Source of the DNA: Clostridia bacterium
GTDB lineage: Bacteria; Bacillota; Clostridia; UMGS1883
Assembly (NCBI GenBank): GCA_045638945.1
Contig: JAZUCF010000009.1
Coordinates: 4,588 to 68,587, forward strand
Direction: 5' to 3'
Length of the DNA: 64,000 nucleotides
Each line of letters opens with the position of its first letter. Position 1 is the first letter of the stretch. The notes under the pieces were generated by a model. That model was not told where the DNA came from. It saw nothing but the letters and a program-made list of their open reading frames with translations, and did no database searches. Made by a program: the position numbers and the translations under genes. Of this stretch, positions 1 through 9,476 are shown piece by piece.

Positions 1-1
1 C

Positions 2-931
<930 letters not shown>

Positions 932-954
932 ATTCCCAAAAAAGGGTTGAGATT

Positions 955-1359
955 ATGAACGGATTTGAACTTCAAATAGTAACTCCCGACGGGCTTTTGT
1001 ACAGCGGAAATGCAAACAAAATAATTCTTCGAACAAGTGAGGGTGACGTGGGAATCCTTCCCCGCCACTCTGACTATGTTGCACCGCTTTCAATAGGTCT
1101 TGCAAGGGTATTCACAGATGATGGTGAACGCACCGCTGCATGCTCCGGCGGTATGGTAACGGTGTCGGGCGGTGTTGTCCGCGTGGTTGCCTCCACCTTT
1201 GAATGGTCGGAGGATATTGACGTAGAAAGAGCCAATAGGGCTAAGGAAAAGGCACAAGCACGGCTTGCTGATACTAAGAGCAATGACTTTGAGCATCGCC
1301 TTGCGGAAATCAAACTGAAGAGATCTCTCACACGCTTGAGTGCATCGGAACGGAAATAA
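955..1359 (+). CDS. atpC: F0F1 ATP synthase subunit epsilon
   Basis: 134 aa with an N-terminal beta-sandwich (LQIVTPDG...) and a C-terminal helical hairpin (RAKEKAQARL). Sits directly after atpD. Confidence 0.93.
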   Translation: MNGFELQIVTPDGLLYSGNANKIILRTSEGDVGILPRHSDYVAPLSIGLARVFTDDGERTAACSGGMVTVSGGVVRVVASTFEWSEDIDVERANRAKEKAQARLADTKSNDFEHRLAEIKLKRSLTRLSASERK

Positions 1360-1390
1360 TCTGTTTCGGCTATCGGAAAGGAAATAAACT

Positions 1391-2053
1391 ATGGCTGAAA
1401 GATACGGTGAAATTCCAAAAAAATTCACAAAAAAATGGTGGTCTTATTTTTGGACATATTACAAATGGTGGGTAATTGTTCCTACTGTCCTTATAGTAGT
1501 TGTAGTGTGTCTTTTAACTTCCATTTGGAAAATGGAGCGTTATGACGTGACGCTGACTTATGCAGGTCCGCATTTTTTTCCAAATAACCATGTAAAACAA
1601 ATTTCAGATGAGCTTGGAAAGCTTTGCGAGGACGTAAATAATGACGGAGAAAAGCTTTTAACTCTTGCAAATATGACCATTTCCGACAAGGAAATTGACC
1701 TTGAATACAAATCCTCCCTTTTGATGTCCCTGCAATTTGCCTTAGAGGAAGAAGAAAAATACATCTTCATTATTCATAAGGATTTTGCACAGCGTTATCT
1801 TGCACAAAAGGCACAGGATTGCCGATATGCTCCCGTAGGCGAATGGTACGCAGGCGATACGGCGGAGCTTAAAACACTGTCGGCTCACGGAAATGACTAC
1901 GGAATTTCACTTGATGAAAGCGATATTTTTAAGAAATGGAACTGTGACCTAAAGGACCATTATCTTCTTATAAGAAAGAAGCCCGCCGATAAAGCGGAGC
2001 TTCCCCGCTATAATGCGGCAATAGAGCTTGCAAATGAGCTTTTAAAACAATAA
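1391..2053 (+). CDS. hypothetical membrane-anchored protein
   Basis: 220 aa with one N-terminal TM helix (WWVIVPTVLIVVVVCLLTSIW) followed by a soluble domain. No family recognised. Followed by a strong terminator. Confidence 0.7.
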   Translation: MAERYGEIPKKFTKKWWSYFWTYYKWWVIVPTVLIVVVVCLLTSIWKMERYDVTLTYAGPHFFPNNHVKQISDELGKLCEDVNNDGEKLLTLANMTISDKEIDLEYKSSLLMSLQFALEEEEKYIFIIHKDFAQRYLAQKAQDCRYAPVGEWYAGDTAELKTLSAHGNDYGISLDESDIFKKWNCDLKDHYLLIRKKPADKAELPRYNAAIELANELLKQ

Positions 2054-2060
2054 TCTATAA

Positions 2061-2103
2061 AATTTCCCAAAAAGGGGGTCAGTCCCCTTTTTGGGAAATT
2101 TTT
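2061..2103 (+). terminator. Rho-independent terminator
   Basis: AATTTCCCAAAAAGGGG-gtcagt-CCCCTTTTTGGGAAATT followed by TTT. Confidence 0.8.
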
Positions 2104-2124
2104 ACTAAGCAGGTGATTACTTTG

Positions 2125-2844
2125 ATGAAACCTTATCTGCCCCACGAAAAAGCAACGGTGTTTATAGCCGATGTTCATATAGACGATGCCACTGTTATCA
2201 CTCCTCCCGAAATTCCCGTTTTGCCCGAGGGGCTTATTCGTCATACGGATTTGGGAATATGCATTGTTTCCCCCAAAAAGGCGGTATGTCCGCCCGAAAG
2301 TTGTGCATACTATAGGGAAAAGCTCTCCCCCTACGGATTTGAGGTCATTTCGGGAAAATCACATATCGGCAGTAACTACCCAAGCGACAGTGCATATAAT
2401 GTTGGTATAGTCGGAAAAAAATGTTTTTTAAACAAAAGTGTATGTGATGAGCATTTATATGAAATACTTATCAGCGAGGGTTACGAAATAATAAATGTGA
2501 AGCAGGGGTACACAAAATGCTCCATATGCCCCGTAGATGAAAATAGCTTCATAACAGGTGACAAAGGGATTGCCTCCGCAGGAGAAAAAGCAGGGATGAG
2601 TGTGCTTTTAATTTCCAACGACAATATTTCACTGCAAGGCTATTCAAACGGATTTTTCGGAGGCTCTGTTGGAAAGGCTTCAAAAGACGAGCTTCTTGTA
2701 AACGGCGACATTAACACGCTCCCCGACTCAAAGAAAATAAAAGAATTTTTGGCAGAAAGAAATATCCGCATAAAAAGCATAAAGGAAGGAGAAGTAACAG
2801 ATATAGGTTCCATTATACCTCTGATAGCATCAAACGAAAGCTAA
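2125..2844 (+). CDS. conserved hypothetical protein, possibly DUF6873-type guanidino-modifying-enzyme (GME) fold
   Basis: The ORF track starts at GTG 2113. However, AGGTGA at 2111-2116 followed by ATG 2125 (MKPYLPHEK...) is a better SD/start pair. Motifs HTDLG, YPSDSAYN, VKQGYTKCSI and GFFGGS resemble what I recall of DUF6873. The family call is from memory only. Confidence 0.6.
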   Translation: MKPYLPHEKATVFIADVHIDDATVITPPEIPVLPEGLIRHTDLGICIVSPKKAVCPPESCAYYREKLSPYGFEVISGKSHIGSNYPSDSAYNVGIVGKKCFLNKSVCDEHLYEILISEGYEIINVKQGYTKCSICPVDENSFITGDKGIASAGEKAGMSVLLISNDNISLQGYSNGFFGGSVGKASKDELLVNGDINTLPDSKKIKEFLAERNIRIKSIKEGEVTDIGSIIPLIASNES

Positions 2845-2874
2845 TTACATAATTAAAAAATGAGGTGATAGCTT

Positions 2875-3564
2875 TTGGATTATAATACCGCTTTAACTCT
2901 GCCGAAGGACTGTGACATCAGGGAATTTGCAGGGCAGATAACAAGCGAAATTCTTGACAAATGCGAACGGAATTTACTATATAGGATTACTAAGAATGAA
3001 TTTCCTTATACCCCCGAAGGTGACAGGAACGAGATATTTAACATTGCCTTAAAGCACGCATCGGGACAGAGCGATGATGTGATGGATACAATTCATTATA
3101 ACAGACGGAAAGCACTGATTGAGGAACGTGCCATTGACTATCTTCGCGAAAACAACTGCATAATATTAAACGGATTTATAAATTTCAGACTGGAAGAATA
3201 TAAAAACGAATTGCGTGGTCTTTGCCATGATGCGGCAGACGAAATGTATGCCCTTCGGGAATATGATGAATTTATAAATATGCTGCGGTTCTTTGTATCC
3301 GTTCAATCGCCAAAGGAAAACACCGTCCATGTATTAAAAAAGAACGGTGTGCTGAGAATTGAAAACAAGTGGCACAGAGATATAACAAAATTTTATGCAG
3401 AGGAATTTGCTTTTTCCGGCGAAGATTTTACTCCTGAAGATATTGCCCTGAGTGCATTGATATCCATTTCCCCCAGAAAAATTATTGTCCATGATAATAA
3501 GGAAAATGATAAAATATATGAAACACTTTTAAGCGTATTTCCCAACGTGGAATTTACGGAATAA
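2875..3564 (+). CDS. ytxC: YtxC-like sporulation protein
   Basis: TTG start 7 nt after GAGGTG. The segment ILNGFINFRLEEYKNEL...EYDEFINMLRFFV resembles the YtxC family. Confidence 0.65.
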   Translation: MDYNTALTLPKDCDIREFAGQITSEILDKCERNLLYRITKNEFPYTPEGDRNEIFNIALKHASGQSDDVMDTIHYNRRKALIEERAIDYLRENNCIILNGFINFRLEEYKNELRGLCHDAADEMYALREYDEFINMLRFFVSVQSPKENTVHVLKKNGVLRIENKWHRDITKFYAEEFAFSGEDFTPEDIALSALISISPRKIIVHDNKENDKIYETLLSVFPNVEFTE

Positions 3565-3602
3565 CAAAGAACCGAAGCCCCTATGAGCTTCGGTTCTTTG
3601 TT
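3563..3602. terminator. bidirectional terminator between convergent genes
   Basis: AACAAAGAACCGAAGC-ccctatga-GCTTCGGTTCTTTGTT, a 16-bp stem with A/T runs on both sides. Confidence 0.8.
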
Positions 3603-3614
3603 CATTTAAATAGA

Positions 3615-6236
3615 CTAGGAATTAATTACTACACGCCTGCTTTCAGTGCTCCAGCCTACGCTAAGCTCCAATGCTTCCGCCGCAAATCGGATGGGAACCA
3701 TGGTTCTTCCCTTAGTCGTAACATAGGGAGCCGCATCAAGCGTTACATCCTTTCCATTAAGAGTAGCACTGAGGCTTCCTGCCTTCATGGTGATATAGTT
3801 ATTTCCCTTGCGTGCAGAGATTTCGCCTGTCTCGGCGTCGTAAGAAACCTTTGCATCAAGAGCTTCAAAAAGCTCACGCATGGGAACCATTGCCCTGCTG
3901 TTTTCTATAACGGGCATTTCGGAAAAGTCCGCTTCCGCACCGTCGATTTCAATGGTTATCTTATTATCAAGATATTTCCAGTATTCTTTGTAGTTATAGA
4001 TAAATACGCCTGCCATTGTGCCTATAAATACCTCGTCTGTATTTGAGGAGAAGGCAGGTCTGTGAACCTCACTGCTCACAAGTCCGGGAACTGCGTGCCA
4101 GGTATCACCGCCGTCACGTGTTTCCCAAAGTTTGGGATCATCGTGAAACTTTCCGTTTAAAATTCCGCTATAGGTAGTAACCAAAATATGCTTGGGGTCT
4201 TTGGGATTTTGTGCGATGTACCTGAAAGCAGGATATCTTGACAGCTTTGCGTTATGCGATTCAAAGGTACCGCTCTTTGTATCAAGCTTTACAAGATTCT
4301 TTTTCTCGGTGTACCACACGTAGCGTTCATCCGCATCAAAAATCACACTTGTGAAATCTCCGCCCGTTGCCGGGGTGCAGATGTATCGCCAGTTTTCGCC
4401 GCCGTCCTCGGTAAGATAGAGCTCTGCTGTTTTTCCCGTTCCCTTGCAGGCAAGGATTTTCCCGGGAGTAACATTGGAAACGGCAAGGTAATAATATTCG
4501 TTCTCTTTCCAGGTTTTTCCGTTATCGTAGCTCGTCCAATAGGTTGTGTATATGGTGTTTTTATCCTCTACATCATATTGAAGCACACGGGTATTTCCAT
4601 TTCCGAGCGGGGGAATATTTTCTTTGAGGATTTTTCGGTCATCTCCGGGAGCATCAAAGGTTTTTCCACCGTCAAAGGACTGACGGACTCCGTAGTATGC
4701 TCCCACACCATTGTTTGCTCCTATAAAGCCGACAATATGATTATCGTCATTGGGGTCGAAAACGGCACATACAAATCTGAATTCTTCCTTATCCTTTTTG
4801 TAAGTACGATAGGTAGGATAGCTGTTTTCTGTATAAACTCCCGACCGATGGATAAATGCACCAACGTCGGTTGTGCAGAGGAAGGTTTTACCGGTAGACG
4901 AGGTTATAAAATTAGTTACGGAAGCACCCGAAAAGCCTGATGAAAGCCAGCGGTAGCTGTCATCCTTTGCCAGCCACTCACCGGGGCCACCCTCAAAATG
5001 TATTACTCTGCCCTCAGGCTCCGACCAGTCCACAATAAACTGCTTAAAGAGCCAGCCTGCATATCCTTCCCCTTTTTCATAACGAACAGTGTCCTCGGCA
5101 GCATGATGCTCCGGCTTAAGAACCAACGAAAAGGTCTTGCCGTAGTCATAGCTGACACGCAAGGGATAGGTAGAGTTGTTTGCACAGTAGTACAGAGGAT
5201 AAATCCCATCGGGATTTTTTGGACCGAATTTCAGTCCGTAGAAGTTCGCGTAGGAAGCCGTCGCTCCCTCGTTCTGTCCGTGGTAGGTAATAAATTCCAA
5301 TTTCTCAAAGTCGGGATTTGTACGATAAAGTGCACAGGAAACACTCTTTTTTGAATCAAGCTTGTCTGTAATATTCATTGTAATATATATCTCGGATTCA
5401 TTTTCGGGATGAAAGGCGACTGAACGGACGATATAGACCTTTTCCTCTGTTTCCGGCAGCTTAAATTCCCAGGTTTTTCCGCCGTCGTGGCTGATCCACA
5501 CTCCGCGAGGAAGTGTGCTTGTAGTCTGCGTAGCATATATATGCTGACCGTCCTTCGTTACTTCAATATCGTACCAGCGGGGAACGCCCGTAAGAGTCTC
5601 CCCCTCTGCGGGCCAGAGCTTTGTAACCTCCTCCGTTTCCCGATTCATGGAATAAATTCCGTGTGAAAGTGCCATATAGAGATTACCTTTACCGTCTATG
5701 GCAAGAGTATTGTCACGGTGACCTTTGGTCACCTTTGTTTCGTTATCTTCAATCACTTTTTCCCAGGTTCTGCCGAAGTTGCGGCTTCGCTGAACGCCTA
5801 CACCGCGCATATGTGCATACACGGTTGCCTCGTCAAAAGCGTCGCACATGAGGCCTGCGGCATCAAAGCCGCCTGCGTTATTAACACAGTTGTACCATCT
5901 TTCACCATCGTTTTTTGAAACGTAAATACCGCTGGTATTGGTGACGAAGTACATTATATCAGGATTCACCGGTGACTGTGCGGCACTTCTTACCTGCTGG
6001 CAGGCTTCACCGCCTAATGAGCCACGGGCTACTTCATTATCGCTCATTAAATGGAAGTTTCTCATCCACGGACAGTATACCGTGGCAAACGGACTTTCGG
6101 GATATGGCTCTGTATATGCCGCCGACGGAATTCTCGCCGGGGAATAGGTCACCGTCATAGGTGCTTTTTCGGCAAATGCCGATGTCCCTGCAAGCAGGGT
6201 TAATGCAAGTATAAGGCTTGTTATTTTCTTTTTCAT
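3615..6236 (-). CDS. secreted Asp-box/BNR-repeat double beta-propeller protein with C-terminal copper-amine-oxidase-N-like (stalk) domain
   Basis: Signal peptide MKKKITSLILALTLLAGTSAFA. About 8 SxDxGxTW-type boxes (SKNDGERW, SHDGGKTW, SFDGGKTF, SYDNGKTW, TEDGGENW, TRDGGDTW...). The C-terminal 110 aa carry MVPMRELFEALDAKVSYD...MVPIRFAAEALELSVGW. Confidence 0.85.
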   Translation of the reverse strand: MKKKITSLILALTLLAGTSAFAEKAPMTVTYSPARIPSAAYTEPYPESPFATVYCPWMRNFHLMSDNEVARGSLGGEACQQVRSAAQSPVNPDIMYFVTNTSGIYVSKNDGERWYNCVNNAGGFDAAGLMCDAFDEATVYAHMRGVGVQRSRNFGRTWEKVIEDNETKVTKGHRDNTLAIDGKGNLYMALSHGIYSMNRETEEVTKLWPAEGETLTGVPRWYDIEVTKDGQHIYATQTTSTLPRGVWISHDGGKTWEFKLPETEEKVYIVRSVAFHPENESEIYITMNITDKLDSKKSVSCALYRTNPDFEKLEFITYHGQNEGATASYANFYGLKFGPKNPDGIYPLYYCANNSTYPLRVSYDYGKTFSLVLKPEHHAAEDTVRYEKGEGYAGWLFKQFIVDWSEPEGRVIHFEGGPGEWLAKDDSYRWLSSGFSGASVTNFITSSTGKTFLCTTDVGAFIHRSGVYTENSYPTYRTYKKDKEEFRFVCAVFDPNDDNHIVGFIGANNGVGAYYGVRQSFDGGKTFDAPGDDRKILKENIPPLGNGNTRVLQYDVEDKNTIYTTYWTSYDNGKTWKENEYYYLAVSNVTPGKILACKGTGKTAELYLTEDGGENWRYICTPATGGDFTSVIFDADERYVWYTEKKNLVKLDTKSGTFESHNAKLSRYPAFRYIAQNPKDPKHILVTTYSGILNGKFHDDPKLWETRDGGDTWHAVPGLVSSEVHRPAFSSNTDEVFIGTMAGVFIYNYKEYWKYLDNKITIEIDGAEADFSEMPVIENSRAMVPMRELFEALDAKVSYDAETGEISARKGNNYITMKAGSLSATLNGKDVTLDAAPYVTTKGRTMVPIRFAAEALELSVGWSTESRRVVINS

Positions 6237-6285
6237 TTTACCTCTTCTCCTTTCTGTGGGGGGTAAAATTGCTGTCGAATGTTAC

Positions 6286-6304
6286 GGGCGGATAATATCC
6301 GCCC
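6286..6304. repeat. GC-rich REP-like hairpin
   Basis: GGGCGGATA-A-TATCCGCCC, flanked by gttac/ctacg partial extensions. It stands out in AT-rich intergenic DNA. Confidence 0.5.
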
Positions 6305-6345
6305 CTACGGGATGTCGTTTTTATCTGTTTTGTAGTAGGAAACAA

Positions 6346-6375
6346 GCACAGGCTCGGCACACGCCGAGCCTGTGC
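6346..6375 (-). terminator. stem-loop terminator after the 476-aa gene
   Basis: GCACAGGCTCGGC-acac-GCCGAGCCTGTGC, a 13-bp perfect stem. The minus-sense trailing sequence is TTGTTTCC. Confidence 0.55.
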
Positions 6376-6441
6376 CTGCGTTTTGGATTTTGTGTTTAGT
6401 ATTACTTTTTTATACTACGGTTTCCACAGACGTAGGAATTA

Positions 6442-7872
6442 TTATTCCACAGTTACTAATGAACCATTGTCATAACCAACAATTTCTCCGCAGCCGTCGT
6501 ATGTGCCTATAGTTTCATAATAGGTGATATTTGTTCCTTGTGCAACGCTGCAGCCTTTAACTGTAACATAAGCAACACCAGCACCTAAAATTCCGCCGAC
6601 ACGTACATTGTAGGGACAGTTAAGTTCTCCATAATTCACACAGTTCTCAATTACTGCTCCTGCCTTGCTTCCGCCTGATTTCACACCGACTATTCCGCCA
6701 ACACCTAAGGTCTTTGCTCGATTTGTTTTCGTGGTGCTGACTGCTGTAGTAGCTCCGTCTGAAAGGTCAATAGTTACATGCGAAGTACAATTTGAAATTG
6801 TTGCACCTGTTCCGATAACATGACCTACAACAGAGCCTGCAAAGTACGCATACTTTCCAGCCGCCGCTGTAATCTTTCCGTCAACGGTTACGTTTGCAAC
6901 AGTGTGTCTTGTATTAGCACAAAGCACGCTCTTGGGTTGTGCAGGGGTTGTAGTTGTGTCATTTGAAACGACATATGCGCCAACCATATTGAGGTCTTTA
7001 ATTTCGCCGTCTGTTCCTGTTCCCATGTATCCGAAAAGAGCAGCTCCTGCACCGTCAGCAGGGGTACAATAGAGTCCGTAAATGGTATGTCCGTCACCGT
7101 CAAAGCTTCCGGTGTATCTGCTTGTTGTTCCATCAGTGTTACCAATCATATAATCCACAGTATCACTAACCCAAGGCTTAGCAGTTGCTACCTTAGCAGG
7201 GTCTTCGTACCAATCCTTGTCAAAGCTTCCGTCTGCTTCAAAGAAAGCATTGAGATAAATATCGTCGGTAAGAACAACATTTGCTGTTATATAATTAGTA
7301 TCGTCCTTTTCTGCATTCTTGCTGAACCATGCAAGCTCATCTGCAGTTGCTATGCTATAGGTGTTTGTAGCTTCATCGTATGCAGGCTTATCAGCCTCTG
7401 TGGGAGTTTCACCGCTCCATACGTCGGGGGTGTCTGCCTGAGGTATTACATTCAGTGCATAAGGCTGTGCAATGGGCTCAAGAGTAGTCTTGCTTTCCCA
7501 AAGATAGAATTTTACATTGTAGCTGTTGTTAGCAGTTGTCAATGCTGTGGGAAGAGTGATTGCTTTTGTGTTAGTACCTGCTGTAAGTGCCGCATCTGTG
7601 ATTGATGCTGTGAGAAATGACGTTCCGTCGAACACTGCTGTCACAACGATAGCATCAGCATAAGCTGCATCGCTTGTTACAGCGAGAGTAACAGTTCCAC
7701 CGAGACCTGTAGTGTCGTTGATTACGGCATTGTTCTGTGAAACTGCGATTGTCACAGGGAGGCCTTCATTAGCCAAAGCTCTGCTAATGGGTGAAATCGC
7801 ATCAGGTGCTGCAAATGCCGTTACGGAAAGAATTACAGCCACCAGGCTGAGGGTTAAAAGTTTCTTTAACAT
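6442..7872 (-). CDS. secreted protein with N-terminal Ala/Thr-rich Ig-like region and GLUG-like C-terminal module
   Basis: Signal peptide MLKKLLTLSLVAVILSVTAFA. The C-terminal 326 aa are paralogous to the C-terminus of the giant protein. They contain repeated ENC.N.G....GGI(V/L)G turns typical of GLUG-motif domains. Confidence 0.85.
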   Translation of the reverse strand: MLKKLLTLSLVAVILSVTAFAAPDAISPISRALANEGLPVTIAVSQNNAVINDTTGLGGTVTLAVTSDAAYADAIVVTAVFDGTSFLTASITDAALTAGTNTKAITLPTALTTANNSYNVKFYLWESKTTLEPIAQPYALNVIPQADTPDVWSGETPTEADKPAYDEATNTYSIATADELAWFSKNAEKDDTNYITANVVLTDDIYLNAFFEADGSFDKDWYEDPAKVATAKPWVSDTVDYMIGNTDGTTSRYTGSFDGDGHTIYGLYCTPADGAGAALFGYMGTGTDGEIKDLNMVGAYVVSNDTTTTPAQPKSVLCANTRHTVANVTVDGKITAAAGKYAYFAGSVVGHVIGTGATISNCTSHVTIDLSDGATTAVSTTKTNRAKTLGVGGIVGVKSGGSKAGAVIENCVNYGELNCPYNVRVGGILGAGVAYVTVKGCSVAQGTNITYYETIGTYDGCGEIVGYDNGSLVTVE

Positions 7873-8038
7873 TTCCTTTTAATTCCTTTCTTTTTTGGAT
7901 TTGAATATCGGGACGCCCTCCCGACGGGGGTGTATATTGTAATTTAATTTAATTAATTTTCCTTTTGTTGGGGACAGGTCAATTTTTGTGCACCTATGGA
8001 TTACAAAAATGTCCCCGTCCCCGTAAATGCGGTCTCAC

Positions 8039-9457
8039 TTAGTGAGTCTTTGAAATGTCCAGACCGTCCTCGCCCTGAAGATATCTTCTTACTCTCTTCT
8101 GGCGTGCCACGTCGTATTCTCCTCTGTCTACGGCTTTTCTGAGTGCCGTGGTTGCACGGGAGCTAAGGTCTTTTATTGCTTCATCAAGAGTTAAATCTCC
8201 CATCCATACCTTTGAGAAAAGACCATCCCATTTTTCGCCTTCAAGTGCATAGCTTTCGCCTGATGCATAGCGTTTTTCCTCGTCAACCAATTCCCCGAAC
8301 TTAACGAAACGGGGATCCATTTTACTTTCGTCAACTACTTCGAGAACATCACGCTTTGAAGAAAGGTTGATACCTCTTTCAAAAAGCTCTGCACGAACCT
8401 CCTTGGAATAGAAGAACTTTATTACCTCCATTGTTTCCTCGGGATTCTTTTCCGCTACCTTTCCTATGCTGCGTAATCCGCCGCGGGAATTCCAGTGATT
8501 AATAATCTCTCTGCCTTCGGGTGCAGGATATACGCAGATATCCCAGTCACATTCAGCCTTGAACTGTTCATTATAAACTGCCACGTCCCAGCTGATTGCA
8601 GGAATCATACCGATTGTACCTGCTGCAAAGTATGCACGTGCTGTGTCGTTATCAAGAGTTTCCGCACCGGGGAAAAGACTGCCGTCCTTCTTCATATCTA
8701 AAATCCACTGATACATTTCCTTGTAGCCGGAATAGTCAACCGTAAGCTTATCAAGGTCTGTGTATGCAGATGCGGTTTCCTTATAGTTATTGTCATAGTA
8801 CGAAGCAAGAGGTGAAGCAATAGTGTAGCTAATTCCGAATTTTAAGGGGAATGCAAAGCCGTATACTCCGCCGCCGAGGGCTGTGATTTTCTTTGCATAT
8901 TCCTTTACATCTTCAAGGGTTTCAGGGGCTTTTGCTTCGCCGTTTTTATCAACGATGCCTGCTTTTTTGAACAAGTCCTTGTTATATGCAAGTGCCGCTG
9001 TTTTAACGGTGGGCTGTACGCCGTAGGTCTTGCCATTAACGAGGGTGCTTCCCTCTATTCCGGGCTGACCGAATTCCTCGATAAACTCTTTACCTCCGGG
9101 AAGGTCATCAAGAGCGAGCACGTCACCCTGCTCAATAAACTTTTTAAGCTGATTTCCCGATACGTTGAACAGGTGCGGAAGCTGACCGCTCTGCTGTGCT
9201 ACGTCAATCTGAGTGTTGTCGGTGGTTGTAACATAATCGATGAAAATGTTCTTTTCATCACCTGTGGTTGCGTTCCAGTTGTCCACAAGCTCTTCATATG
9301 TTTGCTGTGCACCTGCTTCGCTCGACCATACTGTGATAGTTACATCATCGCTGTCTGCCGCAGGTTTTTGTGCTTTCTTATCCACTCCGCCGCCGCAGCC
9401 AAAAAGGCAGCCCGCACATAAAATGAGTGAAAGAATGATTGCTAATGTTTTCTTCAT
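8039..9457 (-). CDS. ABC transporter solute-binding lipoprotein (family 1, carbohydrate type)
   Basis: Lipobox LFGC (Cys21). 472 aa with overall SBP_bac_1-like composition. Lies 19 nt downstream of the preceding gene. Confidence 0.85.
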   Translation of the reverse strand: MKKTLAIILSLILCAGCLFGCGGGVDKKAQKPAADSDDVTITVWSSEAGAQQTYEELVDNWNATTGDEKNIFIDYVTTTDNTQIDVAQQSGQLPHLFNVSGNQLKKFIEQGDVLALDDLPGGKEFIEEFGQPGIEGSTLVNGKTYGVQPTVKTAALAYNKDLFKKAGIVDKNGEAKAPETLEDVKEYAKKITALGGGVYGFAFPLKFGISYTIASPLASYYDNNYKETASAYTDLDKLTVDYSGYKEMYQWILDMKKDGSLFPGAETLDNDTARAYFAAGTIGMIPAISWDVAVYNEQFKAECDWDICVYPAPEGREIINHWNSRGGLRSIGKVAEKNPEETMEVIKFFYSKEVRAELFERGINLSSKRDVLEVVDESKMDPRFVKFGELVDEEKRYASGESYALEGEKWDGLFSKVWMGDLTLDEAIKDLSSRATTALRKAVDRGEYDVARQKRVRRYLQGEDGLDISKTH

Positions 9458-9476
9458 TGTTTGTTTCCTCCTTGAA

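Noticed and set aside
4254-4940. Numerous 60-230-aa ORFs antisense to or out of frame within large genes. Examples: 4254-4940, 7087-7605, 9627-10175, 12461-13033, 23775-24287, 33149-33778, 37428-37961, 50031-50723, 56109-56681.
   Set aside because: All are embedded in longer ORFs that have clear homology-type motifs. Their products are low-complexity or hydrophobic nonsense and lack ribosome-binding sites.
3615-6236. Calling the Asp-box propeller proteins GH74 xyloglucanases or sialidases.
   Set aside because: I can verify only the generic Asp-box periodicity and overall size. I could not locate family-specific catalytic motifs by eye, so I left the call at double-propeller BNR protein.
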